Origin: Escherichia virus TH54 | Length of the DNA stretch: 64,000 nucleotides | Sequence record: MT446420.1 | Reading direction: 5' to 3' (one strand) | Shown: positions 7,939-17,197 of the stretch, in pieces | How the letters are laid out: each line of letters starts with the position of its first letter | Numbering within the stretch: the first letter of the stretch is position 1 | Translations under genes and position numbers: made by a program | The notes under the pieces: model-generated | Told to the model about the DNA's origin: nothing | Database searches by the model: none | The model's input: the letters and a program-made list of their open reading frames with translations, nothing else

Positions 7939-8397
7939 TTAGATATAAATCACTTTTGTGCTAATTTTTCCTTCCAGACGATTAGAGTTAACAAACGCCA
8001 TACGGCAACACATGGTTGGAGACTTCCCAGGAATAGCGGGGTTAACTGTCATTCCTAACCATAGGTTCTTGTCCGTGATTTCCAGACGAAGTGGACGGTA
8101 GTTCACATTCGGGTCAATTTGTGCTTCAACTTCCGGGAGTGGTTTCATCTCCAAGAATTCAACGATTTCTTTTACATGTGGTGTGATTTTTCCAAACAAG
8201 TCAAAAACATATTGTTCATCAATTTCACGCTGGATTGCACGGTCCAATAGGTGTGGACTGTACTTAATGAAGAATGCTTCAAGGCCTGCTTCTTTACAAG
8301 CCTTGTTGATAGCATTATTAATTTTGAGGAACTCCGTTTCAAAAATGCGACGAAGTTTATTGCGGCGAATGTAAACACTTGAATCGATAGTAGTCAT
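7939..8397 (-). CDS. regB: RegB endoribonuclease
   Basis: 153 aa from MTTIDSSVYIRRNKLRR; near-colinear with T4 RegB; AGGAG SD. Confidence 0.85.
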   Translation of the reverse strand: MTTIDSSVYIRRNKLRRIFETEFLKINNAINKACKEAGLEAFFIKYSPHLLDRAIQREIDEQYVFDLFGKITPHVKEIVEFLEMKPLPEVEAQIDPNVNYRPLRLEITDKNLWLGMTVNPAIPGKSPTMCCRMAFVNSNRLEGKISTKVIYI

Positions 8398-8399
8398 GA

Positions 8400-8453
8400 T
8401 TATCTCCTTTTGTTTGATGGGATAATCATAACTCATTTCAATCTGCTTGTACA

Positions 8454-8455
<2 letters not shown>
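8400..8455 (-). promoter_or_regulatory. early promoter (-35 TGTACA, -10 TATGAT) with GATGGGATA inverted repeat
   Basis: minus-strand TGTACA-N17-TATGAT upstream of regB SD. Confidence 0.5.
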
Positions 8456-9033
<578 letters not shown>

Positions 9034-9037
<4 letters not shown>

Positions 9038-9252
9038 TTCACTTCCTCGCCAGTTGCGATATCATATTCCACCAAACGAATGCCGTCAGTCCAACCTTGC
9101 ACGGAGATATAAGTAGTTGGATAAATCATTTCTTTACCATTCCACTGACCACCGTCCCAGCATTCCAGAAAGTCTTGTTCACCTGGTCCATTAAACCATT
9201 CAACAAATCTCTTCAAAGCTGCATCAGAACCTTCAATTGTCAATTTAGACAT
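9034..9252 (-). CDS. hypothetical small protein
   Basis: ORF from MSKLTIEGSD; Trp-rich. Confidence 0.4.
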
Positions 9253-9544
9253 ATTTTTTCCAGTCACTAATTAATCGCACATCCTGGTCATACGTCAGGA
9301 GGCTACGAGTTATAATACCCTTACATGGTCCAGAAATAAATTCCAGGGTAAAGTAAGGAACCAACTTCATCAAGCGAATACTCGGAGCAGTGCAACGAAA
9401 TCTGGACCCAATAAAAGGTCCAGACAAAAACACATACTCAAAGAAATTTGCTTTATTAAAGATTTCAAAATTCTTTACGAAATCTTCTGACCTAACCTTT
9501 GGAATAAAATAGATTTGGTCAAAAAGCTCTTCATGGGTCATCAT
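9245..9544 (-). CDS. hypothetical protein
   Basis: 99-aa ORF with ATGA overlap to upstream gene. Confidence 0.4.
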   Translation of the reverse strand: MMTHEELFDQIYFIPKVRSEDFVKNFEIFNKANFFEYVFLSGPFIGSRFRCTAPSIRLMKLVPYFTLEFISGPCKGIITRSLLTYDQDVRLISDWKKYV

Positions 9545-10086
9545 TGCATTCCTATCACAAAGAACAGTGGACGTGTGGTTTGATTGGTTTCTTCACATGA
9601 TGCACGACAGCAATGTTGCACCACCTTTATATGGGCATCGTAAATTTTATCCATATCCGGTGTTTTAATAGGTTCATCAATTATATACAGAATACGTGAA
9701 AGTGATAATCCACGGAATTTGCATGCAGTATTACCAATAAAACTACGAACAGAATCAGTGTACAAACGATACTTAATACTTTCTGTATGGTTATTAAAAT
9801 ATTCCTTTCTGATTGCAGTAGCCGAAACATTAGCATATGCCGTGTTATTAGACAAAATAACAATAGAACCGCCATCAGCTAACCATTCCGTAGCAAAAAT
9901 GGATACCGCTTTAGTTTTACCGGATTGGCGCCCGCCATCAAGTTTTAAGGTGCAGCATTCTTTAAACAGGGTTTGTGAATCGGGTACATAAAACCCACTA
10001 TTACAAATGTGTTCTACTCTAGCATCAGAATGGTTTGCAAAAGCATTCATCAGGGATAGATAACTACCGGTTAAAAACGTTTTCAT
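9541..10086 (-). CDS. small P-loop NTPase
   Basis: 181 aa; Walker A GGRQSGKT and Walker B-like ILYIIDEP. Confidence 0.5.
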   Translation of the reverse strand: MKTFLTGSYLSLMNAFANHSDARVEHICNSGFYVPDSQTLFKECCTLKLDGGRQSGKTKAVSIFATEWLADGGSIVILSNNTAYANVSATAIRKEYFNNHTESIKYRLYTDSVRSFIGNTACKFRGLSLSRILYIIDEPIKTPDMDKIYDAHIKVVQHCCRASCEETNQTTRPLFFVIGMQ

Positions 10087-10087
10087 A

Positions 10088-10155
10088 ATTGTCTCTTTTT
10101 AAGTTGTGGGCCGTTCCTTGGCACATTAATTCATCCATGTATCCGAATGTAAACC
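10088..10155 (-). promoter_or_regulatory. putative early promoter (-35 GTTTAC) for P-loop gene
   Basis: minus-strand GTTTAC with AT-rich -10 region and AAGAG SD before ATG 10086. Confidence 0.3.
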
Positions 10156-10250
10156 CCTTACCGCACTCGGGCTCGACCTTATTACAGGTAGGGAAAGGTC
10201 CATCACTCAGAGGACGCGACGTTCATGAGGAGAGGGTCGGTTTGCCTTTA

Positions 10251-10550
10251 TTAAAAAGAACCAGAGCCTTTAATTGTGTTCTGGCGACCTTTATTTTCTA
10301 ATTCAGAATGGTCGATTTCGTATGCTTGTGCTACACCAAAGGCCTTTTTAACTTTAGCTAAAGAACCTTTAGATGTAACAATATTAAAAGTATTACCTTT
10401 AGTAAAATCAACCAAATCCACTTGTACACCCTGTTTACCGAGGCTTGCTACAATAGCATCAACATATTGTTGGTCTAAATTACCCTGAACCCCAATTTGA
10501 AATGCTTTAGGAGCTTTGACTTCAGTAATAAATTCTTGATAAGTTTTCAT
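10251..10550 (-). CDS. internal-protein-like, N-terminal capsid targeting sequence
   Basis: 99 aa starting MKTYQEFITE, matching the conserved CTS of T4 IPI/IPII/IPIII. Confidence 0.6.
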   Translation of the reverse strand: MKTYQEFITEVKAPKAFQIGVQGNLDQQYVDAIVASLGKQGVQVDLVDFTKGNTFNIVTSKGSLAKVKKAFGVAQAYEIDHSELENKGRQNTIKGSGSF

Positions 10551-10552
10551 TT

Positions 10553-10605
10553 ATTCGCTCCAAGTTGATAGGATAATTATACACTATCCCATCATAAAGT
10601 AAACA
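10553..10605 (-). promoter_or_regulatory. early promoter GTTTAC-N17-TATAAT with -10 inside inverted repeat
   Basis: minus strand GTTTACtttatgatgggatagtgTATAAT; GATGGGATA / TATCCTATC arms flank the -10. Confidence 0.6.
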
Positions 10606-10606
10606 G

Positions 10607-10870
10607 TTATGCTTTACCGCCAGAAACAATACCAAAGGTCTCAAAGTCCCATTCAATATCGTCAACATCAACTTTCTTACCAGCAACCACGAATGCGATT
10701 TCGCGACGTTTTGCATAGGTGACAATTTCTTTACCATCACCACCAAAGAAAGAATAACCATTGCGCTTCATGGTGCCAAAGTCTTCAGCATCACCGGCGA
10801 AGGCGCGGACTTTAAAAGCACCGGTAGGAGCTTTAGCAGATTCAGTAATAAATTCTTGATAAGTTTTCAT
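10607..10870 (-). CDS. internal-protein-like, CTS-bearing
   Basis: 87 aa starting MKTYQEFITE. Confidence 0.6.
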   Translation of the reverse strand: MKTYQEFITESAKAPTGAFKVRAFAGDAEDFGTMKRNGYSFFGGDGKEIVTYAKRREIAFVVAGKKVDVDDIEWDFETFGIVSGGKA

Positions 10871-10883
10871 AATGTCTCTTTAA

Positions 10884-11198
10884 TTACTCTTTAGGGAAAT
10901 CACGCAAAAATGCATCATAAAGTTTATTACCAATGCGACGGAATGCTTTTGCCGCATGAACGTTATCCGGATTTGCAATTTTAATCTGCATTACATGACT
11001 ACCAGCCCATGATTTGGCTTCATCATAATAGCCTTTAATTTCTTTAATAGTCTTACGTTTTCCACCAGGGCCATCAACAGTAATTTTCCACGAACCCGTG
11101 CTCGTTTCACTTGGTGGGGTTAATTGTTCAATCCAGACATAACCACCTTCAACACGTTTTTGGGTAGATTCAGTAATAAATTCTTGATAAGTTTTCAT
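10884..11198 (-). CDS. internal-protein-like, CTS-bearing
   Basis: 105 aa from internal Met MKTYQEFITESTQKR; promoter and SD precede this Met. Confidence 0.55.
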   Translation of the reverse strand: MKTYQEFITESTQKRVEGGYVWIEQLTPPSETSTGSWKITVDGPGGKRKTIKEIKGYYDEAKSWAGSHVMQIKIANPDNVHAAKAFRRIGNKLYDAFLRDFPKE

Positions 11199-11200
11199 TT

Positions 11201-11258
11201 TATATTCCATTGTTTGGTTGATAAAATCATTATACAACCTTTTTAGTTAAGCGTACAC
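11201..11258 (-). promoter_or_regulatory. early promoter (-35 GTGTAC, -10 TATAAT)
   Basis: minus strand TGTACG-N17-TATAAT upstream of ATG 11198. Confidence 0.5.
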
Positions 11259-11663
11259 AGCTTTCCCATAGTATTTGTACCAGGTAGGCTTTTGAGAAAT
11301 TTTCTCATTCAGTCTGGCTTGACTGATTTCAATTGACCAGATTGATGGTTGATAATCATTTTTCCATTCATCAGGAATATCACTTAAATCTTGGGTAGAA
11401 ATATCTTTTATGTTAAACCCTCGCTTTAAACATTCTGCAATAAGTTCTTGATGACGGTTTTTAAGGAACAAAAGTTTATCATAAAAGAAGGTAACATGAC
11501 CAGTCCCTAAAAGAAAAGATGATGGGATTTTAAAGTCAGAAACCTTTTTACCATTTTGCACATGCTTACGAACAGCACCAAACACGCGAGGAAGTTCACG
11601 ATATTCAGCCATAAGATGTTGGTCAGCGAGTTCAGATACCAGGGTTAAATTAATGCGAGTCAT
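11247..11663 (-). CDS. denV: endonuclease V (pyrimidine dimer DNA glycosylase)
   Basis: 138 aa, [34 protein letters not shown]...; near-identical to T4 DenV. Confidence 0.9.
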   Translation of the reverse strand: MTRINLTLVSELADQHLMAEYRELPRVFGAVRKHVQNGKKVSDFKIPSSFLLGTGHVTFFYDKLLFLKNRHQELIAECLKRGFNIKDISTQDLSDIPDEWKNDYQPSIWSIEISQARLNEKISQKPTWYKYYGKAVYA

Positions 11664-11665
11664 GT

Positions 11666-11719
11666 TTGTTCTCCGTAGTTGATAGGGTCATTATAACCCT
11701 ATCATTTGGAGATGTACAC
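11666..11719 (-). promoter_or_regulatory. early promoter (-35 GTGTAC, -10 TATAAT) inside GATAGGGT inverted repeat
   Basis: minus strand GTGTACatctccaaatgatagggtTATAATgaccctatc. Confidence 0.55.
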
Positions 11720-12207
11720 TAATATGCGTCAAAAGTTCCGGTACGGAACGTTTCTATAACTCGTTTGGCTCGGTTCGGAGTCTGGACTTTATACCATCTC
11801 GAGTCGGCCAGTTCCTTAGCGGCGGCTTCCCACGATTTGGCCTTCAACAATCGCATACCCTTAGGAAAACCAGCTACCCCTGCAACACCCATCTGGAATA
11901 CCATATTAATGAGTGCACAACGACGAACTTCATCCAGTACATCATAAACAGGTTTTAAGACAGGATGCCTCAAGATTCCGGCTTTAGCTTTTTCGACCGA
12001 ACGGTTAAACAATGTTTCAGCTTCGTGCTGGGTTATGCGACCATTGCAAACGCGACCCATGAGCTTATCGAGTTCGGCACGAGCAACATCTTTTGATGGG
12101 TTCTTAGTTATCAGTTGCCCGATACCAATGGTCCAATAGCCTTCAGTATCTTTATACAAATCCAACTTACAACCTTCATCTATGCGTAACATTTCGAATA
12201 TATTCAT
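11719..12207 (-). CDS. e: lysozyme (endolysin)
   Basis: 162 aa, [12 protein letters not shown]...[10 protein letters not shown]...; catalytic Glu11/Asp20 context as in T4 lysozyme. Confidence 0.92.
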   Translation of the reverse strand: MNIFEMLRIDEGCKLDLYKDTEGYWTIGIGQLITKNPSKDVARAELDKLMGRVCNGRITQHEAETLFNRSVEKAKAGILRHPVLKPVYDVLDEVRRCALINMVFQMGVAGVAGFPKGMRLLKAKSWEAAAKELADSRWYKVQTPNRAKRVIETFRTGTFDAY

Positions 12208-12234
12208 AATACCCCCTTTATATAGGGGTATTTA

Positions 12235-12693
12235 TTATCCGAAAATTTGAGTCATTACCTTGTACATCGATTTACCCATCACATACTGCCATTGACTCGG
12301 TTTAATCAAAGCAAATGCATCGAACTCTGGGACTGTACTACCATCCGGGAAGGTATGATAGGCAGAGCATTTACTATGTCTGAACTGCTCATGCTCGACC
12401 GGAACCGTGTACAGAAACAGGTGAAGATTTTTGTTATCTGAATAGCGGAATTCACCCAGGTCCTTTAAGAATGCTGGGTCATATTGGGTAAACCCGGTTT
12501 CTTCTTCGGTTTCACGGATAGCAGCTTCAATCGGGGATTCATCAGCTTCAACATGACCCTTAGGGATGTCCCATTTGTGTGCAGGCATACCTGGTTTACG
12601 AGAACCGGTCACACGACCCATGAATAACTCTTTATCTTCAGTCATGAAAATAATGCCAGCAGATAATTCTTTCACCTTGTTTTTCTTACTCAT
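12235..12693 (-). CDS. nudE: Nudix hydrolase
   Basis: Nudix box GHVEADESPIEAAIRETEEETG; start MSKKNKV overlaps upstream stop. Confidence 0.8.
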   Translation of the reverse strand: MSKKNKVKELSAGIIFMTEDKELFMGRVTGSRKPGMPAHKWDIPKGHVEADESPIEAAIRETEEETGFTQYDPAFLKDLGEFRYSDNKNLHLFLYTVPVEHEQFRHSKCSAYHTFPDGSTVPEFDAFALIKPSQWQYVMGKSMYKVMTQIFG

Positions 12694-12922
12694 CGTCACG
12701 TTCCCAGGATTGGTTAAAAATATCACTCATTAAAAATTCAAGTCTATTTTCCAATGAAGGGGATTCACTATCAGAAATTTGAATTCTGTATTCAGAAATA
12801 GGGCGGAACATATCCAAGTCAGTTTCTAAATCATCTTTGATTTTCTCTTCTGATGTACCTGTATCATAGGAATACAGATAAGAATCACACGACTCAGATT
12901 TAATATAAATTGCAATACTCAT
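12686..12922 (-). CDS. hypothetical acidic protein
   Basis: 78-aa ORF, coupled to nudE. Confidence 0.4.
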   Translation of the reverse strand: MSIAIYIKSESCDSYLYSYDTGTSEEKIKDDLETDLDMFRPISEYRIQISDSESPSLENRLEFLMSDIFNQSWERDDE

Positions 12923-13506
12923 TTACGGCATTCCTCAATAAAAGAGTTCAATGTATTTTTCTTGGCGATATCGTCGTATACCTTTTTAACTTTAGAAATA
13001 CGAAAAGGTACTTCAATAACCATAGTCCATAAAAGTGATGCAATAAGTCCAACAGCAGCAGAAGAAATGCACGCGCCCATTACAGCTACAGGTGCTTCAT
13101 TTTTACCTGTCAGGAAAAACCACAGGATTGGTAAAAATAAGATTCCAGCCCATGCATAAAACCTGGAACAAATTAACTTATCAAATTCATCTTTCCAGGT
13201 ACGAAATCCATATTTCTTGCTATAAGAAATTAATGGGTCTGGTGTCTGTTCTTTGAGTGGTTCTGGTTGATGCCCATTAATGATGTATCCCATTTTATAT
13301 TCCTTAATTAAAAGCTCTTTCATATGACGATTGCATCGCGACCAATCAACATTTTCAACCTTGATTCCTTCATCACCATCATCAAGGTTCGCCCAATATT
13401 TTTTGGCAATCATAAATTCGTCTCTTGATACAATTATACCTGTATTTTCTGGGCGACGGATGAAGTTTACATCAACACCCATACACCCAGGTTCATAAAG
13501 GGCCAT
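12919..13506 (-). CDS. membrane protein, 2 TM helices
   Basis: 195 aa; hydrophobic segments AWAGILFLPILWFFL and VMGACISSAAVGLIASLLW; C-terminal FIEECRK shared with paralogs. Confidence 0.45.
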   Translation of the reverse strand: MALYEPGCMGVDVNFIRRPENTGIIVSRDEFMIAKKYWANLDDGDEGIKVENVDWSRCNRHMKELLIKEYKMGYIINGHQPEPLKEQTPDPLISYSKKYGFRTWKDEFDKLICSRFYAWAGILFLPILWFFLTGKNEAPVAVMGACISSAAVGLIASLLWTMVIEVPFRISKVKKVYDDIAKKNTLNSFIEECRK

Positions 13507-14195
13507 TACCAGCCCTCCATGGGGAATTCCAGATATACTTGAGCATTAACGCGGATTTCATTGGTAACTTTATTAACACGGTCAGTTTTACGAGATACGC
13601 GACCAAACCAGCGCCAACCGTTACTAACTGTTTTTGTTCCAGTATGCCAGGTCTGCCAGTTGAATTCACATAATGTGCGGTCAGGAGCTTCTTGAACTAA
13701 AAGTTCACCCGCCTTGATTTTTTCCAGAACTTCCTGGTGCCACTGGCGATAGATAAGTTCGCCATCAGGAATCTGACTGAATTCTGCAGTTCCAAGAGCA
13801 AAATTAGTAGGGCAAACAGAAGCGTTAACCAGACCCAGGATGTGTTCAGAATGGTAACGAGGGTTATCATAATCAGGTTGTCCTGCTGTAATAAAATGTT
13901 GTCCTGCTGGAATATCTGGTCGCGGTACGTCATCATGGTGATATCCAGGGATAGCAGGATACCAACCAGGCATTAACATGTGTACACGGGAATCAAATAC
14001 AATATCAGGGCCACATTGCCAATCTTCAGGCAGGTTTTCAATAAAGCTACGAGTAATAGGACCGCCATGCTTATGCGCAAATTCTGGATAGCAGTTAAAG
14101 AACATGGGCTCATTTTTAATCATATCATTACTGATATCTTGAGCAAATTGACCAACTTCACGCATTTGACTATTAAAAGTTTTTGGACTGTTCAT
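13506..14195 (-). CDS. hypothetical protein with His/Asp-rich motifs
   Basis: 229 aa; GYHHDDVP and RYHSEH motifs; preceded by promoter/stem-loop. Confidence 0.45.
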   Translation of the reverse strand: MNSPKTFNSQMREVGQFAQDISNDMIKNEPMFFNCYPEFAHKHGGPITRSFIENLPEDWQCGPDIVFDSRVHMLMPGWYPAIPGYHHDDVPRPDIPAGQHFITAGQPDYDNPRYHSEHILGLVNASVCPTNFALGTAEFSQIPDGELIYRQWHQEVLEKIKAGELLVQEAPDRTLCEFNWQTWHTGTKTVSNGWRWFGRVSRKTDRVNKVTNEIRVNAQVYLEFPMEGW

Positions 14196-14197
14196 AA

Positions 14198-14252
14198 TAT
14201 TTTCCTCATTGATTGTGGGACCATTGTGTCATGGTCCCACTTGGATGTACAC
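14198..14252 (-). promoter_or_regulatory. putative early promoter with 10-bp inverted repeat GTGGGACCAT
   Basis: minus strand GTGTACA upstream; perfect inverted repeat GTGGGACCATgacacaATGGTCCCAC. Confidence 0.4.
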
Positions 14253-14254
14253 AA

Positions 14255-15214
14255 TTATTTTTCGAAAGGACGAATTAAATGTTGGTTAGCCTTAAAGCGT
14301 TTAACATAGTCTTCATGACCCAGTGTGTTATACATATTAACCACGTCCTGATAATGTTCCCAGGCATACTCACGGAACCATCCAGAAGTAATGGAGGTGC
14401 AGACTTTTTCCAGCGCAATATGGAAGCTCATGGATGGAGAGATATTGAACTCATTAGGAACCTGCGAACGTTCCAGAGCGAGCACACATGCTTCTTCATA
14501 AACCCCTGCCAGTTTAATAACATCAGGCAGTGCTTCAAATTTTTCACGTGAGGTCATGACTTCTGAATCATCCTTCATATAGAACTTATATGCAGGCTTA
14601 TCAGCAAGCGCCACAGCCTCGTGGATGGAGTCATGGTCAAGGGTATAGATTGTATCATTAAAGAAAGTTTTCTTGCCCACATCTAGTTTAGGGTGACTGT
14701 ATGACAGTGTTTCTGCCTGACGCTGCAGCATGATTTTCTGCAGTTCATCATTAAGAACAACACCCTTATTGCGAAGATAATTAATATGACTCATGGTCTT
14801 CAGGAAGAATGGGTTGTTCTTCAGGTAACGATGAGACAATTTAATCGCCAGACAAATATCAGGAGTCGCCCAATAGAAACCTGTAAGACGGTCTTTCTTA
14901 ATATGATTTTCAGCGTATTTCAAGAGACGATAACTTGAGGTGAAATCTTCGTCTTGAAGCTCACCAGTAATTTCTCGTACGTTAGTCAGGGCACGGACAA
15001 TATAAGCTTCAAAATAGGTTTCTTTGCCATTGTACATACATTTAAAAGCTTGGACATCAGGGTTATCCACAGGAACATGAGCACCGAACATACGTGCTTT
15101 AAAGTGGTTCCAAGAACCCTGGTCAGCGATAAAGTCCCAATCAGAGTTTTCAATTTTCTGACTTTCAATCAGACCAGCGTTATGTAATGCACGAGAACCA
15201 ATAACTAACATCAT
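14255..15214 (-). CDS. hypothetical protein
   Basis: 319 aa from MMLVIGSRALHNAG; GS...SDWDF spacing loosely nucleotidyltransferase-like; GAGGAAA SD. Confidence 0.45.
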   Translation of the reverse strand: MMLVIGSRALHNAGLIESQKIENSDWDFIADQGSWNHFKARMFGAHVPVDNPDVQAFKCMYNGKETYFEAYIVRALTNVREITGELQDEDFTSSYRLLKYAENHIKKDRLTGFYWATPDICLAIKLSHRYLKNNPFFLKTMSHINYLRNKGVVLNDELQKIMLQRQAETLSYSHPKLDVGKKTFFNDTIYTLDHDSIHEAVALADKPAYKFYMKDDSEVMTSREKFEALPDVIKLAGVYEEACVLALERSQVPNEFNISPSMSFHIALEKVCTSITSGWFREYAWEHYQDVVNMYNTLGHEDYVKRFKANQHLIRPFEK

Positions 15215-15233
15215 AATATTTTCCTCAGTAAAC

Positions 15234-15473
15234 TTAAATTTCAGCAACGTAATCGTTATGCAATTCCCACATATCATCAGAATTATTCTTAATGATAGGA
15301 ATTATCTCATTAGAGATTTCTTCTGCATAAGGGTCATTGATACAGTGAGCATCTTCAAAACGAACACCATAATCAGACTTCTTATAAGAGAAGCCATAAA
15401 TCTTTTTAAACTTGGCACGAGTAATGCGTACCGGTTCATTAGACTTATCGGACATCGGAGCGTAATACCACAT
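15234..15473 (-). CDS. hypothetical small protein
   Basis: 79-aa ORF. Confidence 0.4.
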   Translation of the reverse strand: MWYYAPMSDKSNEPVRITRAKFKKIYGFSYKKSDYGVRFEDAHCINDPYAEEISNEIIPIIKNNSDDMWELHNDYVAEI

Positions 15474-15585
15474 ATATTCTCCTCATATTGTGTAAAGTAA
15501 TAGTATCGCAGTTTTTTGGAGTTGTATACTGCTTCTGCAATATTCTAAAAATAATTTATCCTCCTATCACATCCTTGTGATAATT

Positions 15586-15819
15586 TTAGCAGCTACTCGG
15601 ATACCAGATTTTACCATCGGCACGAGCAACGAAGGTACGACCAGCTTCTTCACCATAACAAGAGCTGTTCAACCAGTCTTCAAGACGGACTTCGCCGTCA
15701 TAATCATCAAGCTCAACACCAAAATCTTGAGCAGAAGCCATATCTTTTACTTTCTTATACAGTGCAGCCAGTTCAAGGGCAGCTTTTTCTAATTCAGCAT
15801 GTTCAACAGCAGTAGTCAT
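15586..15819 (-). CDS. small protein of C-terminal W-x-SS-C family
   Basis: 77 aa from MTTAVEHAELEK, ends WYPSSC; SD lies in upstream gene's last codons. Confidence 0.45.
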   Translation of the reverse strand: MTTAVEHAELEKAALELAALYKKVKDMASAQDFGVELDDYDGEVRLEDWLNSSCYGEEAGRTFVARADGKIWYPSSC

Positions 15820-15829
15820 TTTTATTTCC

Positions 15830-16057
15830 TTAGCAAGACATAGAGGAGTTAAACCAGAAACCTTTACCATCTGGGATACCATAATCACCGCGAATCCAGT
15901 CATACTCTTCGTATTCTGGACAACCCGCAGGAATATATCGTTGAAGACTGTCAGCATACACATGAAAGTATTCACCAGTTTTATCGGCCAGTTGTTCACC
16001 TTCACAGATTAGTGCACGGATTTGGTCTTCAATTTCTTTAACAGTTTTAGCAGTCAT
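15830..16057 (-). CDS. small protein of C-terminal W-x-SS-C family
   Basis: 75 aa, ends FWFNSSMSC. Confidence 0.45.
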   Translation of the reverse strand: MTAKTVKEIEDQIRALICEGEQLADKTGEYFHVYADSLQRYIPAGCPEYEEYDWIRGDYGIPDGKGFWFNSSMSC

Positions 16058-16066
16058 TTTATTTCC

Positions 16067-16264
16067 TTAGCATTCGTAAGAGGAGGACACCCAGGAGCCA
16101 CCCGTAATTGTAATACAGCCATTGTAAATCGTGATATGACGGTCCAGATGGTTTTCACCTTCGATATAGATGTCGGCTTCTTCACGTTCTTCTTTACAAA
16201 TCTGGATAACGTTTTCAATAGCTGCCGCGGCAGTACGGATTGCACAATCTAATTCACGAGACAT
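16067..16264 (-). CDS. small protein of C-terminal W-x-SS-C family
   Basis: 65 aa, ends GGSWVSSSYEC. Confidence 0.45.
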   Translation of the reverse strand: MSRELDCAIRTAAAAIENVIQICKEEREEADIYIEGENHLDRHITIYNGCITITGGSWVSSSYEC

Positions 16265-16273
16265 AATAATTCC

Positions 16274-16555
16274 TTAACATTCAACAGAAGAGGACACCCA
16301 ACCACCATTTTCCAGGTCAGTTGTATAGTCATGAGTATTAACAATAGCCCATTCAGGATGACCATGTTCTTCCCAATGAGCAAGGTCGGCTTTCAAGGCG
16401 CCAGGAGAATAATAGTCACCGCCCATACCGCGAGCAGGGTATATATTAAAATGAGTCTCATATTTGTCTGCAATTTCCTCGGCACGACGAATAGCTTTAT
16501 GGATATCATTTACTGCGGCCAGAAGCTCTGGTTGGTTATGGTTATCATTCATCAT
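16274..16555 (-). CDS. small protein of C-terminal W-x-SS-C family
   Basis: 93 aa from MMNDNHNQ, ends NGGWVSSSVEC. Confidence 0.45.
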   Translation of the reverse strand: MMNDNHNQPELLAAVNDIHKAIRRAEEIADKYETHFNIYPARGMGGDYYSPGALKADLAHWEEHGHPEWAIVNTHDYTTDLENGGWVSSSVEC

Positions 16556-16556
16556 A

Positions 16557-16847
16557 TTAGCACACCTCAGAAGAGGAAACCCAGGCACCAACAGTAACAA
16601 TGCCGTTTTCAACTTGCCCGCCGTTGTTTTCAATATGGTGGGCGAACCATTCGGAACATTCATAACCGACTGGGTGATATGTACGGCCGGTGCCGTAATC
16701 GCCAGTGCTGAATTCGATACCATATTCATCTGCGATTTCTTCACAGTGTTTTTCAATTTCAGAGGTCTTATTTAGAAGAGAATAGATAGCTTTTTCTGCA
16801 GATTTCTCATCATAATACTTGGGGATAGCAATTTCAATTTTATTCAT
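16557..16847 (-). CDS. small protein of C-terminal W-x-SS-C family
   Basis: 96 aa, ends GAWVSSSEVC. Confidence 0.45.
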   Translation of the reverse strand: MNKIEIAIPKYYDEKSAEKAIYSLLNKTSEIEKHCEEIADEYGIEFSTGDYGTGRTYHPVGYECSEWFAHHIENNGGQVENGIVTVGAWVSSSEVC

Positions 16848-17197
16848 GATTTACATTCCTTAATAAAGGTTTCAAGGTCATTACGTTTTGTTTTGTCTAG
16901 AAACTTATTATACTCAGCCATTGCCGAAGCATATCTCTTACGACTAGGAGCATTCACGGCGTTTGTGTGACAAATATCATACACAACCGGGATAAAATAA
17001 GCCACAATAGCCGGAGCGATTATCATAAAGAAACCCATCTCAATAGGCATGACTCCCTCGATTGCAGCCATAACCGTGGTCATTACCAGACCAACCAAAC
17101 CACCAAGCATGGCGGTGACAATCCCTAATAATAAATTGCCACCAATATCATATTCAGCCAATTGATAAACATGTGAGGCAAGACTAGGCCGTTCCAT
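16844..17197 (-). CDS. membrane protein, 2 TM helices
   Basis: 117 aa from MERPSLAS; AAGGAGG SD; C-terminus TFIKECKS. Confidence 0.45.
   Translation of the reverse strand: MERPSLASHVYQLAEYDIGGNLLLGIVTAMLGGLVGLVMTTVMAAIEGVMPIEMGFFMIIAPAIVAYFIPVVYDICHTNAVNAPSRKRYASAMAEYNKFLDKTKRNDLETFIKECKS

Noticed and set aside
10089-10301. 70-aa plus-strand ORF in the GC-rich intergenic island
   Set aside because: No SD; the region is better explained as a terminator/promoter intergenic segment, possibly structured RNA.
13980-14309. Plus-strand ORFs overlapping early genes (also 16464-16775, 18994-19386, 19758-20066, 20889-21242)
   Set aside because: All lie antisense within a densely packed, translationally coupled minus-strand operon and lack promoters or SD sequences.
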